DNA of 64,000 bases from Phoronis australis (lineage: Eukaryota; Animalia; Phoronida). Numbering within the stretch: the first letter of the stretch is position 1; each line of letters starts with the position of its first letter. The stretch is taken from contig NMRA01000580.1 in NCBI GenBank assembly GCA_002633005.1, positions 173,062-237,061 of the forward strand, in the 5' to 3' direction. This document shows positions 24,871 to 39,077 of the stretch, in pieces. The notes beneath the pieces were generated by a model, which saw nothing but the letters and a program-made list of their open reading frames with translations, made no database searches and was not told the origin of the DNA. A program made the position numbers and the translations under genes.

Positions 24871-25478
24871 AGCCCACTCCGATCTATCCCATTTCTGGCT
24901 TGTGATTGGTTAATAAAAACCACATGATCATATCCAATCATATCATTGGCTGTTATAGTTTGTTCTCAGAATTTTCTATAATCTCTAGAGCACTTTGACC
25001 CCAGAACCCAAAGTTGTAAACACCATTTAAAAATAGATTTTGACGTTAAAGTACATGTCAACAAGTCTGACCCCATGATTTAAAAGTACATATGCACAAA
25101 TTTTGGGCAACTTAAAATGGATCTATTCTTACTAATTACTAATATTGATTCTGACAGTGTCAGTCAGTAGATAGGAAAAATATCAAACTATTAGAAGATC
25201 GCAGCCAGTGGCAGATTCTCGAATTGTCTGAGCAGCGACATATTCACTGTGAGCGTTTTATTTTTTTTCGTTTTTTCGAGAGAAACCAGTAAGATCGCGC
25301 AAATTTATCATTTAATTCCAGTAGCTCGATGCAAATACGTTATATCCAAGAGACGTGCTGCTCACCTGGGAAGTACTTTTGTTGTGCCCCAATAAGCCTT
25401 AGTTTTCAGTATTAAAAATGTCCTCGGGCAACTACGTAAAATCAAAATGCGACCCAGGTCGCAATTAATAAGGGCGGG

Positions 25479-27141
25479 GGGTCTAAACTTAATGTGAAAA
25501 ATGACCTCATTGGATTCATATAGATAAATGGCAGGTTTTTAAAGTTCACTGGGGTGTTTTCCCGTTCCGTGACTTTACCAGACGTACAGTGGTGTTGAGC
25601 GTGTGATAGTCTTCGATTGTATAGTAGGGCGATTTTGGTGATTCAAAAACTTTAAGCATGACCAGTTCTTGATGGGGAATTCAGAGATCTCATTGGTTTA
25701 TGTTCAAACATTTCATAACTTAACTTAACTTATTTTTAACACCACAGTCCAGTGAGTCAATAAGATATGATCTTATTGGAGAGCAACTATCGAACAAAGG
25801 AGAGCTGACCCTCCAACCCTGATTGCCAGAATGGACTTAATCAGTCGTCGGTGTAAGATATTGGCTACCGCGGTCATCCGCCCAACTTGTGCTATACAAC
25901 CTAACAAGTCAGACTAAACGCGAGAATTCCATAATGTAAAAATGAAAGAACACGGACTGAATTCCTCTCTTGTGCATCGCTCGGGATTGCCAACGGACAA
26001 ATATTTTTCTCTCACGCACGGTATTCCTCTCTCACGGATCTGAAGTCACCCACGATCAAGCAGTAGTATCCCCACACCGTGTAATTATGTGCTCACAAAG
26101 AGATCAGCCCCGCTCCCACACATTATTTCGATCCGTTCCTATCCAACTCCGCTCTTGATCTGATATACATACTGCGCGTCCCTCAGGCGCCTAAAATTTT
26201 AAAATAAATTCTTCTCCCACGCACGCTTGGCCTCAGTTCTCACGGTTCCAAATTTGACTTTTATAGTAAGAAAATTTGACTGCGATGAGAAGATTCTAAC
26301 ATGTGGCCACGTATTTTGGATTAGTCTTCATCCAGTTCAGTAGTCAGATATTATATCCTGGCATGAGCGGTGTAAAAATGGCCATTTGCCAAGTTGGGCA
26401 ACTGAACGAAGGACTGTTCGAAAAATTGCGATTGTTTTTGCTTCAGCCCAGCTTCCCCACATCATATTTCTGGTTTGCACGCCGTTCAGTACTTTCACTC
26501 CTTAATTGCAGCATATATTGACAAAGTAAGATTTCCCTTGCCACGCGTTACTCAGGTGACCCTCAGACCTAAACATCCGCGTAACGAATATTGTTGAAAG
26601 ATCGACAATTGCGGGTATCGCGTCTGCTTATCCCAACCCCTTGTTGCGGAGGAACCCAGTGGCGGATTTAGAAGAGGGGCCAAGACCCCCCTAAAATTCT
26701 CCCAGATTCGACCACTTGGCACTGAGTTCGGGGGTGCGAAAGTCCGACGGGCAAAATCCTAGGTAATACATGCGGGCACCCAGGGGGGTGGGGGCTCGGG
26801 GGGGGGGGGCTTCTTAGAGAAACAAAAAGTGCGAGGAAACGAGACAAAAGTCCTAAGGAATTCGTCGCGAATGCACAATGCACGAAATTGAACCTAGTAC
26901 CACGTTTTTTGTTTGTTTTTTAGTTTTCGTCTTCTTGTTCCAGTAAAAGGCTCAAATTACCGCAAAATTCGAGCCCCCCCCTCTATATTTTAGGATGGGT
27001 ACGCTCTGCCTTGGCCCCCCTAAATCAAAATTCTGGATCCGCCCCTGGAACCGTTGAATAATGACGGGACGGGTTTTCACGGACGTGAGGTCATTTTTTC
27101 ATGGGCTAATTAAAAATTCTTCACATTAAATTTAGACCCTG
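25479..27141. mobile_element. TIR element (hAT-like CAGGG terminus), non-autonomous
   Basis: GGGTCTAAACTTAATGTGAA at 25479 vs TTCACATTAAATTTAGACCCTG ending 27141, plus subterminal ATGACCTCA/TGAGGTCAT. Confidence 0.55.
26657..27047 (+). mobile_element. CAGTGGCGG MITE with perfect 5-bp TSD
   Basis: GAACC|CAGTGGCGGAT...ATCCGCCCCTG|GAACC. Confidence 0.85.
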
Positions 27142-28362
27142 TGAAAAAAACTAGCCGGAGCCAGTTTTGGGTATATTTCCACTCGGTTTCCAGTGAGAAA
27201 TTCTGTATTTTGGGCATAGATCAGATGCGCAATTCAGTCGTACAGGTTTGATATTTTGATTACTATGTACTTTACTTTTTTGCGCAAGTTTTGAGTCACA
27301 AAACAAAGAGCTCGTAAGCAAGCAGTGCAAATCGACAAAATTTCCAATATCAATTTTAACATAAGTACATATTTTGCAGGGATACGGTTGTTTTTATAAC
27401 ACAGAAGAAATTTGATTTTGGAATACTTATAAGAAATAAGTTTTTAAAGCAGTATAAATTTCAACAGAGAATACATTATTCACTTAGATGTACTGATTTT
27501 GATGGCTAGCGAGTAGTTTCGGGGATGTTATTTTTCAGAACAAGTAAAAATACATTTGATTGTCATTGATACCAAATATTTACTTAACAATTAACAAACA
27601 GTATCATCATTGGATAAAAGCATATACAGGTCAATAATTATCTTTTGATCTTATATGGTCTCAATCACCAAAACTGATGTGGAAACAACGCATAATCGCT
27701 CCGCTTAAAATACGGTGGCAGAACATAAAAACCTAGTGTCAGCACCTCTAAACTCCATGGCCGAACCAAAAATCCCATGACCCAAGGGCAGGACCAAAGA
27801 ACTTTTAAGTTAAAACTCGTTGGCTGCAAGCATAACACTGCGATCTCGCCGATTTTCTGAATGATGCCGTAGGGGTCCCAGTGTTTTCCGCCATTTTAGT
27901 CCTGTGTAACACTCTCCAATATGGCGTCATATTGACAACGCCAGCTGCATGTATCTTAGTGGCGCGCGCCCGGCTTTTGTGATGTCTATGGGCCGAACCG
28001 ATGACGCGGATTTTCCGAGCGTCACGAATCCAGACATTGTTATATACCTCTTTGTTGTGTGCTTCCCAGGCGGCAATCCTGAGAAGAGTTAAAGGCCTCT
28101 AAAAGTACGTAATGTTATTAAAATAATGTTGATTTTTATGTATTTGTCATCAAAACGAAATAACTCCTTTCCACAAGACCAACTTCAAACAGCAACTATA
28201 ACAGACTGTACTCGAATGCCGGTTTTGAGTCTGTTTACAACTAGGTAACCTATCTGACAAGTTCACTCCCGCACGATAGGATAACAGAAATACTCCAGCG
28301 AAAACAGGCACAAAGTGAAAGGAGAATTGGTATAATAAATACAAAAACACTAAAAATACCTC

Positions 28363-28559
28363 ACCATTCACGAAGTGAACTCGCAACTGCTTGGTTTAAT
28401 ATCGGATCTAGCGATGTTTTAGAGCCACTTTTGCCGTATTTCTTTCCTAAATCGTGCTTTACCACCTTGGGTTTCGATAATTTTGGGCAGGCTGAAGAAC
28501 GATTTCTTGTCCCTGCCAGCTCTGTTGGAACAACAGAAAACAGCACAGAAAGTAGGCAT
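28363..28559 (-). pseudogene. THAP-domain exon remnant (transposon-derived)
   Basis: MPTFCAVFCCSNRAGRDKKSFFSLPKII...RQKWL*NIAR...HFVNG followed by a GTGAG donor. Confidence 0.75.
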
Positions 28560-29314
28560 ATTTACTAACGTAGTGACCGTGAACCCGATGTACTCAGTCC
28601 AGTGTTTGTAAACCAAGATGGTGGAAAGCAATAGCGCGAAATTTACTGGGAACACACATGAGGGAAAACAACAGAATCGAATCGGTTGAAATCCTCGTTA
28701 AAGAAAACCGATACAAACGCAAAAAATCAATGGGGAAAATGACTAAAATTGATTAAGCAAATGTAGAAAAATCAAGACCTTGTTTCCAGGATGGTGATGC
28801 CATTGTCCATAAATATAATCAATGATTGACAGTTTTACAGCACGCAGAAGCCCTGTGCACATAATATAAAGTTACAGACACTAGCAACTGTACTAAGATT
28901 AAAAACAAATTGTTAAATAACTATTCCGGGTTTGATACACTAACCAATCATCACTCAGTTTCAGGTTTGCTCTACAGAATAAGTTTCTGTAAAATTGAAA
29001 AGCGTGATTTTCACTTTGCAAAATACGGGCTTCACTCTTATTTGCTGACGTATTTTTGTTGATCAACCATAGTTCTATATTTGAAGGAGGCCTAATACTT
29101 GACTGACTGATTGTGTGTCGTTTGCCGCTCAAGTTGGTCAAACATGCAACGCTCCAGTTGAGCTTCACCCACATGGACATTCATACAGCTCGAAACATGG
29201 CATGCCTGACTTAAAACAAGAGAATATATTGCACCAGCCACTTTTTACATTTATATTTGTAGTTAACCTTTTTCATGACTTGTGACGGCTAATGGCAGAG
29301 TCACCCATTACAAT

Positions 29315-32300
29315 GGGTCTATTCGGAGAATTCTCCTCGCGGTGTCGCTGCTGTACTAGTGGTGATTGAATTGCGCATGCGTCGCTGTCTGCATGTAAAT
29401 AGCTGGTAAAAAGACGGAATTGTTATCAAAACAAGTCGTCGCGCAAAGCCTTATTATTACTATTTTCTCTTGTGCAAGTCTTCGACAGGTGCTCAGAAAT
29501 TCTCAAAAGACCTACATGTAAGCTTGCTACATTCGTGGACAATTGCGGTCAACTGGGTCAACCAACTGACAAAAAGTGTGTGGATGCGAAGCCCGGCCCG
29601 TGTGTTCTCTATGCATTTCAATTTGGAAACTACATAACGTTACTTGGTAAGTTTTTAGCAATCAATTTCTGTCGACATCATTTGGTGATGTTATTCCCAC
29701 CAGTTACCCCACTGAATATCAGCTTTATTGAGTGGAACTAAGTGTTTCTTTTCGGAAACTCATCCGGGACTCGGATGCCGGGTAGGCTAGCAGCGCATAA
29801 TTCACATATTGTCTTGGGTGGCAGTGTGCCCAATATAAGAGGTGTATGGTACGGGACGCTCAGAAGTCAAGGGTGACTTTTCACAGCAGTTTCTCTTCAA
29901 AACTATGCTATGTCCAATAAAATTCTCTAGATGGGTGAGTTTCCTTATTTTATAGCGGACCCCACCCCCAGGACTACCAAATTAGTTACTGAATTAACGT
30001 GAATAAGCTATCATTAAATGTTATAACACTGCATTGGACTAAAAATTGACACCTAGAATGAATTTTACTTCTTGAGATTAGAAGCACATTATAGGTGTCA
30101 TGAAAAATACACATTGTTAAATCACTAGTAGCTTGCTTCACATATTTTAATTCAGATCTTAAATAAGACTTGGGTACAAAGATTATTAGTTTCTACATAT
30201 AAACATGAAGATGAAACGTTAAGTATTTTCTGTCATCCAAAAGTAGTTTTGTCTTGTGTTTTCTTTTATAATTTGCTAATATTTCTCTTACTATTCTGTT
30301 ACACATGAGAGAAAACGACTGAACAGCCGCCTGACCGTCTATTTTACCTTTGGACAAAGTGAAAAGCAATCCTTCAGCAATAACCTGAGAGAATTTAACC
30401 TGATTCAGAAATTCAACACTTGATATGAGTGATTATGGACTCCGTTTCATTGGGAAAGTTACAATTGTTTTTAACAATGTTGTTCCTTCGTATGTATGTG
30501 ATTGTTCAGTTTGCCATTTTGTTTTTGAATACACTGATAATTATTTATTCTCGAATCGTTCAAAGGATTTCTCAAGAAAGCTCTAAAAATAATTACACAC
30601 ACAAACAACTCAAATGCAAATAAAGGGAATATTTCATTTTGATCGCTACACATTTCTATAGGTCAACAGGAAAATGACAATTCGCAAACGTATTCGGTAA
30701 TCATTTCAGCTTTATAAAGAATAAGCACAACTGCACTGTATGGGGCTTTAAAACTGAAGACATATTGTGGTTTCACTAATTAGCGACAAACTTGCCTGTT
30801 GATGAAAAATTTATTCAATCATCAAAGTGTAATATTAACAGGCTTTCTACTTACAATAAGATATTCGATGCAGTCAATGAATGTCATTTCTTCATAATGT
30901 ATAACAAATTGTAGAATTTTTACCATTAGTATAAAGCCTTTCTTCTGAAAGGAAAAATTAATGTCACTCAGTACGAAAGGGCAGGTATTTATACCAGATG
31001 CTTTTGGTTTTCATTTCTTTGGGATCTAGTTTCAATGGCCTATAGATGCGCTTGTAAAAAAGGTTCAGTTCCAGCACGTCGTTTTCCTTCATGTAACCTC
31101 ATTCAGCCTCAATAACATCCAAATTAGATCAATGAAGGTTCACACAACAGCATATCACTGGACTCGTTTTGTGCCCAAAATCCGACCCTGAACTAGACAA
31201 GAGTGTCACTAGGTCTTCTTCAGCTTCAATCTCTCATGTTTCTTCCAGGAAAGGAAATATGCTAACACATGACTCATTGCCTGTGAAAGGGCATCCTCAC
31301 CAACGAGGCTGACTTGTGTAGCAGTCAGACGCAGTTCCTCGTCATACACAAACAATCCACTGGCACATTGTCTTATGGTAACTTAGTACTGCGATTCACA
31401 TTTCTCCAGGGCCACTGACTTGTACATTTTGCCATGCAGCACTGTTGGTGTGTGGAAATGATGTGGGAAGAGAAAGGAGTAACAACGCTTGTCTATGTTG
31501 CGGCTTGAAGTGGCCTTAAATGTCACTGAACCTGGAACAAATATTGAAAAATGAATAATTAAGTACTCCAGATTGGGTCAAAAATTCTACCACTGTTTTT
31601 CAAAAATATATGGTGACTGCTCTACAACTTCACACAAAATTAAATAATTACTATTTTCAGAAAGCAATTGTTTATATAATAAGTATTGTATAAAACTGCG
31701 TCTTTATTGTTCATTCGTAACCATAACAATTCTTTAAACGCATCACTTGTCTGAAACATATGGAAGATTTTTGAGACAACTTCAAGCCTTTGTTACCCAT
31801 TTTCAAGCCCTTTTATTTTGATACTTTCAGCAATTAGTCCGATTACATATTCATTGGTATGTCAAGCATACTTCTAACTTCTACGGTCTAAGGTTGAAGG
31901 AACCGTTTCTCAGACTTTTTATTTTTCTTCTAATAGAAGATATGAAGACTTGAGTCATTTCAAAATTGATGGACAATCTTTATGTTGTTTAAGAGTGATT
32001 ACAAATCGTAAGGCACCATCAAAATTTTCACAAAAAGTGACAGTCATTTGAATTCATAAACTACATGAGTTAAGACTATTTTGTCACTGAGAATTCAGAA
32101 TATGTAATATATTTTTATGGGTTTACAATTGATAGTAAACAGTTTCATGAAAAAAACTTGAAGGAATTTCGTGAAGGTTAAGAGTTGCCTCACCATGCTC
32201 TTTCCCCCAGATATGTATTACCTGTCATTTCCACACATTCAGTTGCACCAAATTTTACAACACCAACCCCCTATGCCAATCCCCCGCTACGGACCTGAAT

Positions 32301-33136
32301 AAGTAAATAAACAAAACAACTTACAGTGTACATACCTTTCTGTAAAAATAGCTGTTCCTTTTCAAATGGTTTGTTCGTTGTCTCTGATATAAAAAGTAGG
32401 CTTTGACAACAGATCTGCCCTGGATGGGAAGATCTTGCTGGTTAAGTGCAGTCAAATGCTTAAAACCAATTTTTGTCCATTCAGGGACGGTGCAGAAGCG
32501 ATGCACATCTCCTCTGTACGGTACAAGCCCTCAAACCGAAAAACCAAAGGTCAGGTGAAAACATACATGATAGATTTCCATTTCAACATGTAATAGATTT
32601 CCGGAAGACATAGGATAGGGAGTAAACAAATAGTCTAATGGATATTGTCACGTGCCATGACCATTGGGCTTGGACTGTAATCTTAACTCACCAACCAGTA
32701 TCGAGTTGACAGAATAAAATTCAGCCTTGATTGTTGTAATTGTCACGGATGAAGCTGTTAGAAGTCATTCCAAGCAATCGTACTTCTTTGATGCACAAAA
32801 AGATCCCGAGCGAAACACATATCACAGCTGCACAAGAAACAAACATTAACTCGACTGGCAACTGCAGCAAAGTCGACATCGGCGAGTACCTCAGTCAACA
32901 GGCACCAGTAGAATAAACGTGGAATAATCGTTCAAATAATCACATACATTACCTTTTTATAAGGTCGTGCTTACTTCCTCTCATAGAAGCACCCTTTTCA
33001 TGCAATCTCAGATTCAGGTGGCACAGCTGCAAGCCATTTCACTATGTATTTAAAGGCTCACGAAATCGAGGCTGCTTATTTATCACCACTAGTACACGCG
33101 TGCCCTCTAGTTAATATAAATTTTCCGAGTAGCCCC
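29315..33136 (-). mobile_element. ISL2EU-type (PIF/Harbinger-related) DNA transposon, decayed
   Basis: AAT|GGGTCTATTCGGA ... TCCGAGTAGCCCC|ATT (AT TSD), subterminal GTACTAGTGGTGAT at both ends; SAP-like exon (~33050-32952) and YqaJ exon; second copy from 63359. Confidence 0.75.
31010..31532 (-). pseudogene. YqaJ/lambda-exonuclease-like domain exon
   Basis: TPTVLHGKMYKSVALEKCE...GLFVYDEELRLTATQVSLVGED...LKLKKT..LVQGRILG (HG-E, GL, S/TPDGL and QVQGQ motifs, degenerate). Confidence 0.75.
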
Positions 33137-33488
33137 ATTATGATTACCGTATTCCAACAGCCACCCCGTGACTGTTGCGAGGCTCGCATATGAATGTCAC
33201 ACAGATAGTTTGCTCTTTTGGCACGCAACAAACAAGATTAGGAGATAGTAACCTGAATGTGTTGTAGCGATGGTGCTTCGTTAACAGTGGATGAGGAGTC
33301 ACAGTAGACCTTGCTTACAAGGAGCCCTTTGTGCTCCATCAGTTGATAGGAAACTGGTATCATTTGTTAACAAAACTGTCCAGCAGCAACTGCAGAGTTC
33401 TGAACTAGCCTTGAAGGCACTAACTCATCACTGTTCTTGTGAAAATGTGTAAACCAAGCAATGCTTGAACCTCGGCCATGAGTAAAAT

Positions 33489-33839
33489 CATAGACTATAG
33501 TACATGGACCGCCAACTCCGTATACTTTCAATGGACGAAATCTGTGATCTTACGCATAAGCCCATACGTCATTATTCACTGGCGACACCTGGCTAAATTT
33601 TCTAGTGCAATATCTGGCAACTACGTCGTGTGCTAATCATGGTCGGCTACTGTGTGGCCGGTTGTTCGGCCACACACCCGAAATGCAAAGGAATTAGGTT
33701 CCATACCATCCGAAGACCCCATAATCGGCTGCGGGAAGAAAAGCTTACTTCTTGTATCAACGTGAATGGCAGTTGTTTCAACAATAAAACTTTAAGGCAC
33801 TTCGAAGATAAATGTTTTTTAAGAGGCTCTACTACTTAA
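33489..33839 (+). mobile_element. P-element-like left end with THAP remnant (33639-33839)
   Basis: CATAGAC terminus followed by MVGYCVAGCS...GIRFH...RHFEDKCF. Confidence 0.55.
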
Positions 33840-35429
33840 TCCAGTCCTCACAAATCCATTTTTCTTTTCTCCGTTTTGATGAAAACTATCTGGTAAACGT
33901 TTTGACGAAAATTGTCCGCTAAATTTCTTCCAAAGGTAGTGTTTCATGAACTCCTGTCCTTACGAGGAACTTCAGTCATATAGTCAGAGAGCCAGATTGT
34001 ATTGTTGTGCTTAGTTACTTCAATATGGCTGCTCCCATGGAGTGTGATGCCTGTATAATTCAAGGTTTATCAAACAGCACAAAATTGTGATGCCAGAGCC
34101 TAAAGAAATTTAGGAAAGCTTCCTGACGAAAGCTGATGGACTGTGGAACTCTGTAGATCAGTAGATCAAAAAGAAGAAGAGGTGTCACAAACGTTTGTGC
34201 AGAAAACAGCTGCATATCCTGGTATAGCCTACACAGTATACAGTTGAGTGCTGTAGACTAGAAGACCAAGTGTCAGACCAAAAAATTGAAAGGACGTAGA
34301 ACGGCATAGCAACGTTTCAAGGCACCAACAGTAGTACTAAAGCTGAAGTTGCTGAAAGTGATACCGATGTTATCCAAGGTTTCCCAAGAAAATCAATTAT
34401 ACTTCCAAAATCTGAACACCCAATTAACCTGAATAAGATAGGAACATTCTGAAACATGAGTGCATTATTTGTTAGCAGGAAAAGTATATTATGGACCATA
34501 TTTCAAGAAAGAGAAAGAAGTATAGCTTTAAAAAACAGGTACGTGTTTTTGAAAGGTATATCTTGGTGTTATCCATGTGTGTTTCAGTATTATCACCAGT
34601 TGTTTTTTTAACTTGTTCAGCCCCTTGGCTGCCTAGGCCTTAGACAATACCGCTGACCCAGTAGAGAGGGTGATCATACCATAGGAACTCCTTATGCAGG
34701 ATGCTTTTCAGCAAATTATGTTCCTATAAGTTTAGAAGTACCGCGTAGAGAGATGCCTCTGAGGAGGTCGTTAATGTTTTCATTTGTTCCCAGTTTAAAC
34801 AAATACTCCTGCAATCCTGTTTTTCGAACACTCCATTGTTCAGTTGCCACATCGACACTGCTTGCGCTAAGCGATAATCATATGGCGTTATACTGTGGGA
34901 GTGATTTTAAAGCACTTTTAAGTCAAAATTTTTTGAGAAGGTTAAATGGAGTAGATGGTTGCAAACAACATGCCCAAGTGGCCGTCATCCCCTGCTGTAG
35001 TCCTGGGATAGGGGGAACCTCTTCTCAATTTTTTTGTAAACATTAATTACTTAGGTAGCTGCAATGATAATTAAATTAGATTGCCTAAGTGGACATCGTC
35101 GCCGTCGTAATTTGAGAACGATGGAGGCCACTGTCCATTTCGTCAAATGTCGATTACCTTAAGTGTAAATCGATTGACTATGGTTTGAGCATCTGATTAA
35201 AAAAAATTAAATTTCAATCACTGCACAGGTATATCAGCTGATTTATTTTCAGCTGCATCTACTGATCTAATTATTAGACGATCAACATTATTAGGCTACA
35301 GATCAGACGGCATGTAAATTTGTTAGGCTGGTGGTGGATCAGCTCCTGATACGTCCGTCTGAAAAAGTTGCATGCCAACTCACTCATAGTTGAATGTTAA
35401 ATTAGTGTTAACAGTTCGGGTTTTTTTCA

Positions 35430-36977
35430 GTTGGACTTGTATCGCAAGCAACAGCTCAGTCCAGAGCCCTGAATATGCAAATGAAATTCAAAGATAAAGA
35501 CCTTGTGTCTTAGAAGCCAAGTACCACAGATCATCATGCTATAAAAAATAGAAAGACAACGATTGTGAAGAGTGACGAATTCACAGTTTTCAGAGATGTT
35601 TTTCTACAGTTTTGTTTGGAGTTCATTGAATCGAAGCTTCTAACACAAGGAGATGTCATTTGCCTTTCAAAACTAAAGCAAGACTTTGAAGCTGTTCTTC
35701 AGAAAGCTGGTGTGCATGAAGTTATTTGGACAGGCAATCTTAAGAAATATTGTTGAAGCTACTCACTGTTGTAGTTTGTGCCCGACTAAGAGATACGAAA
35801 GTGAATTGAGGCTAGTGTTCAATAATTCACTTGCTGACTCTAATTAACACAGCCCATTATAACATATTTTGAATCAAACGTTTGCCCAAATCCTCCCCGC
35901 CTCCAAACAAGGACTTAGTGTTTGACCCTTCATTGCCTGCGGGCCAATCACCAGTGTGCAGTGCTGTACCCTCTCTAATCGACCATAGTTGGCTCCTTGG
36001 CGGTGGAGCTTTGCAGTTAAAATGTATGGCAATGTCCGCATCTCCATTGACAGTACTAAACGATGAACGCTGCAAGTGCAAAAAGAACATGTGTGCTGGG
36101 AAACTGAGTTTGTGCTGTAATGCTGGGTCAAACTGTACAGAAATGTGCAGCTGTGACAACTGCAGTAACATCAGCAACAGTGACTGCATAACATTGGATA
36201 GTTCTTTGGCAAGTCAACCCTAAATAGACCTCCAACCCCGTTATTTCGTTTTTTTGTATTAAAAAGTAATTTTATTTGTTGATTAAGTCATAGAAAGTAC
36301 ATACTTTGATCGCGATCGTTGTCATGTATTTGTCTCATACTGCTTCATAAACGCTGTCAGAATAATCTATTATTTTCACACAGTCTGTGTGCACATTCAC
36401 AGAGATCATTAAACTATATTGTTTTTGTACTATAACGTATTTCTGTTGTGTTATGCAAACAAGCTGTATTTTACACCATTAGTCAATGTTTTAGTCATTG
36501 AGGCACAAATTTTGTCCAGTCTCAACTGTTTTGTGTTATTTTTGTTGCCAGACAATGCCAGAATAACTTCCTAGTAACATTCAGACTTAGTTTGCATTTT
36601 TGCCACTAGGTGTCTCTTTACATTTTTTAAATTTCACTGTTTACAATTAATATACAATAATAAAACATGTAATGTGAGTGTAATATTGTTCAATACAATG
36701 ACACTGATGGGACCATATTACTTGTTTTACAAAAAAGTCACCAAAGCTGTTGTTTTTACAAATATAAGTTTACTACGCTCTTTGGTGATTATTAGGTAAT
36801 TTCAAACTCAAATTGCTCAAAAATGTGCAACTTTATATGTGGGAACTTTTTAGATTTTGAAAACACTCTAATAAATGAATTAAAAAACACCAAAATAAAA
36901 TTGCCCCCCTAAAGTACTCACAAAAACTATTTTCTAGAGGCCCTACAAATTCTGGCCCACCGACTAATAGTCTAGTG
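35430..36977 (+). mobile_element. CACTA/CMC-type transposon remnant with CXC (tesmin-like) C-terminus and right end
   Basis: KDLV..EAKYHRS.CYK motif (~35500, frameshifted); ORF 35882-36223 HSWLL...RCKCKK..C...CC......CTEMCSCDNCSN; ...TAGTCTAGTG end is the reverse complement of CACTAGACTA. Confidence 0.6.
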
Positions 36978-37535
36978 AGCGAATTAACCCAATTACTCTT
37001 CGCTGGCCCTGATCAGACGGTTGGTCTCAGCAGAATGCGCACATTTGGCCAGGATTTGGATCAGCGATTTCAACAAATGCACAAAGTGTACAAATAAATA
37101 GAACGCTGGTAAAACCTTTAATACAAATAAAGATTACACTAATACTACATAACCAACTGGACCAGTCAAACTCTATCTCGCAATTCAACAGCAGGTTACA
37201 CAATATATGCCGCACAAAATCTCTCGACTGTAGTCTATGAAAATGCAACCAACTTCTTTGAAAACATGGAGCAGGAACACCAGAGGGGTGTGAAGGTTGT
37301 TTTATTCTTCAATGTTAAATTTTTGTAAGCGGACAAATGGTTTTTAAATTTCCGCCTTAAGTCCTAACATTTCCAGACTTAAGCCATTGAAACGAACGTT
37401 AATGACGAAAACAAAATTCTTCAACCAGTTTTGTAAAGTCTTATGGCACCTGTAGGGTACATAATGAGCCAATCCCACTCCTAATGTAACAAAAGGGTCC
37501 CGTGCATATACCAAGTGTTGCCCTTCTGAAATATT

Positions 37536-37620
37536 ACCGTATTCGCCCTAGTAAGCGGCCAGGGCGCTTAGAAAAATCCGCTTCAGGAAGGGGGCGCTTA
37601 TTTTAGCCCAAAAGTGGTTG
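37536..37620 (+). mobile_element. Tc1/mariner-pogo-like left terminus
   Basis: TA|CCGTATTCGCCC...TAAGCG...GGGCGCTTA repeats; no right end found. Confidence 0.4.
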
Positions 37621-38149
37621 AAACCCGGTCTCCGAAACAGGTGAAATCGTAAGCTAGAATTCATCAAATTCACGCTCTTTGACGAATCTGTAACCTATGA
37701 CAGAGTTTCTACAAAACTGCAGTGCAATGCTATCAAACTTTGTTGTCAATTTACGAGCGTTTTTCAGAAAATCCCACTGCCAAAAATCAGGTTTCAAGCC
37801 CCTCAATTTGGCTTAACTATATAGTAATAAAACATAAAAATGTTTCCAAGTGATCAGTGCAATGCCTGCGCACGTCTAATAAATGTGTATCATGCAGCTC
37901 CTGATTTAAACAAAGGTCTGTTTTTTAATTTTGGTCCGGTATAAATAACGCCACAGACCGGGAAATCCAGCGAAACACTTCTACCTTACAAATCTGATAA
38001 TCCCTACTCTCAGAAAATTTGAGCACCCGGCAAAAGATACTAAGGATGAAATTCTGGTGATGATAATCACCCACTTTGTTTATTTACTTCACCTCAATTT
38101 GAAATACTTTGATTCGTTTTCTATAGTTCAGGGTAATTTCTGAATCCAG

Positions 38150-38312
38150 GAACAAGAACTGAAAGAGGCAGGGTTCGTGATAACATTGGAGAATGGTAAC
38201 ATTTATATAAGGTGTTACAACTGTCATCGATATTGTCATCTCCTCCGTTTTCATCCAACCTTCCCAGATGAAAACTTGAATGAAGAGGACCTTCAGTACT
38301 TGAGTGAGCATG
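38150..38312 (+). other. Candidate exon with BIR-like zinc-finger pattern
   Basis: AG|EQELKEAGFVITLENGNIYIRCYNC...LSEH|GT, open frame. Confidence 0.3.
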
Positions 38313-39077
38313 GTATATACTGTGTGATTTATGTTGAATTATTCAACGGTTCTTTTAAGAACCATTTCACGCTATATCTACAACAAAACGGCTCTTTTAA
38401 GGGCCACTCAACACTTCCCAGAAGAACTGCTCACTCGAGAATGTTGATTTATAAACATGCTTTCGTAATTTTCTCAGTAGGCCTATGTGAACCACAAATC
38501 AAAAACTGTCCGATAACTATGCTGCTATTGGGCAAGCAGACGACATAATCAGTCGGCACAGAAGTTTCAATTTTGTAATTAATTACCAGCAGCATTGCCA
38601 AAAGTACTCATAATACCAACACTTCTACTATCGAAAGACTTTGAAAAGCATTTTAATGCCGAAATTAATATTTTTTTCGTTGTTTTGAACAGTAAAGTAG
38701 ATGCAAATATTTCTCGTCAAAATACACTAACCGGAAACTGTACCAGAAAGGTCACGAGAGTTCAGCTAGCGCGTAAGAAAATGCCGGAGTTGCGAATCTG
38801 TTGTCTATAATCTATGGTAAAATTGACTGAACTTCAATCAGTTACTCAGGAGTTCTGAGTTATTCGTGTGAACATGCAAAAATGCTTGCTGCAAGAGCCA
38901 AACCCAAAACTATCAAATCTGTTTCCGGGACTTTGAGGATAACTGAAGAGTGATTACCTGCAGTGTATAATGAGCGTGCACTGATAAATGCGTGTCCACC
39001 ACTTCATGACCAAAAGTGAGTTCGGGAACACTTTGAACATCAACCTCTCCACTTTCACTTAGACGGATGACGTGGCA

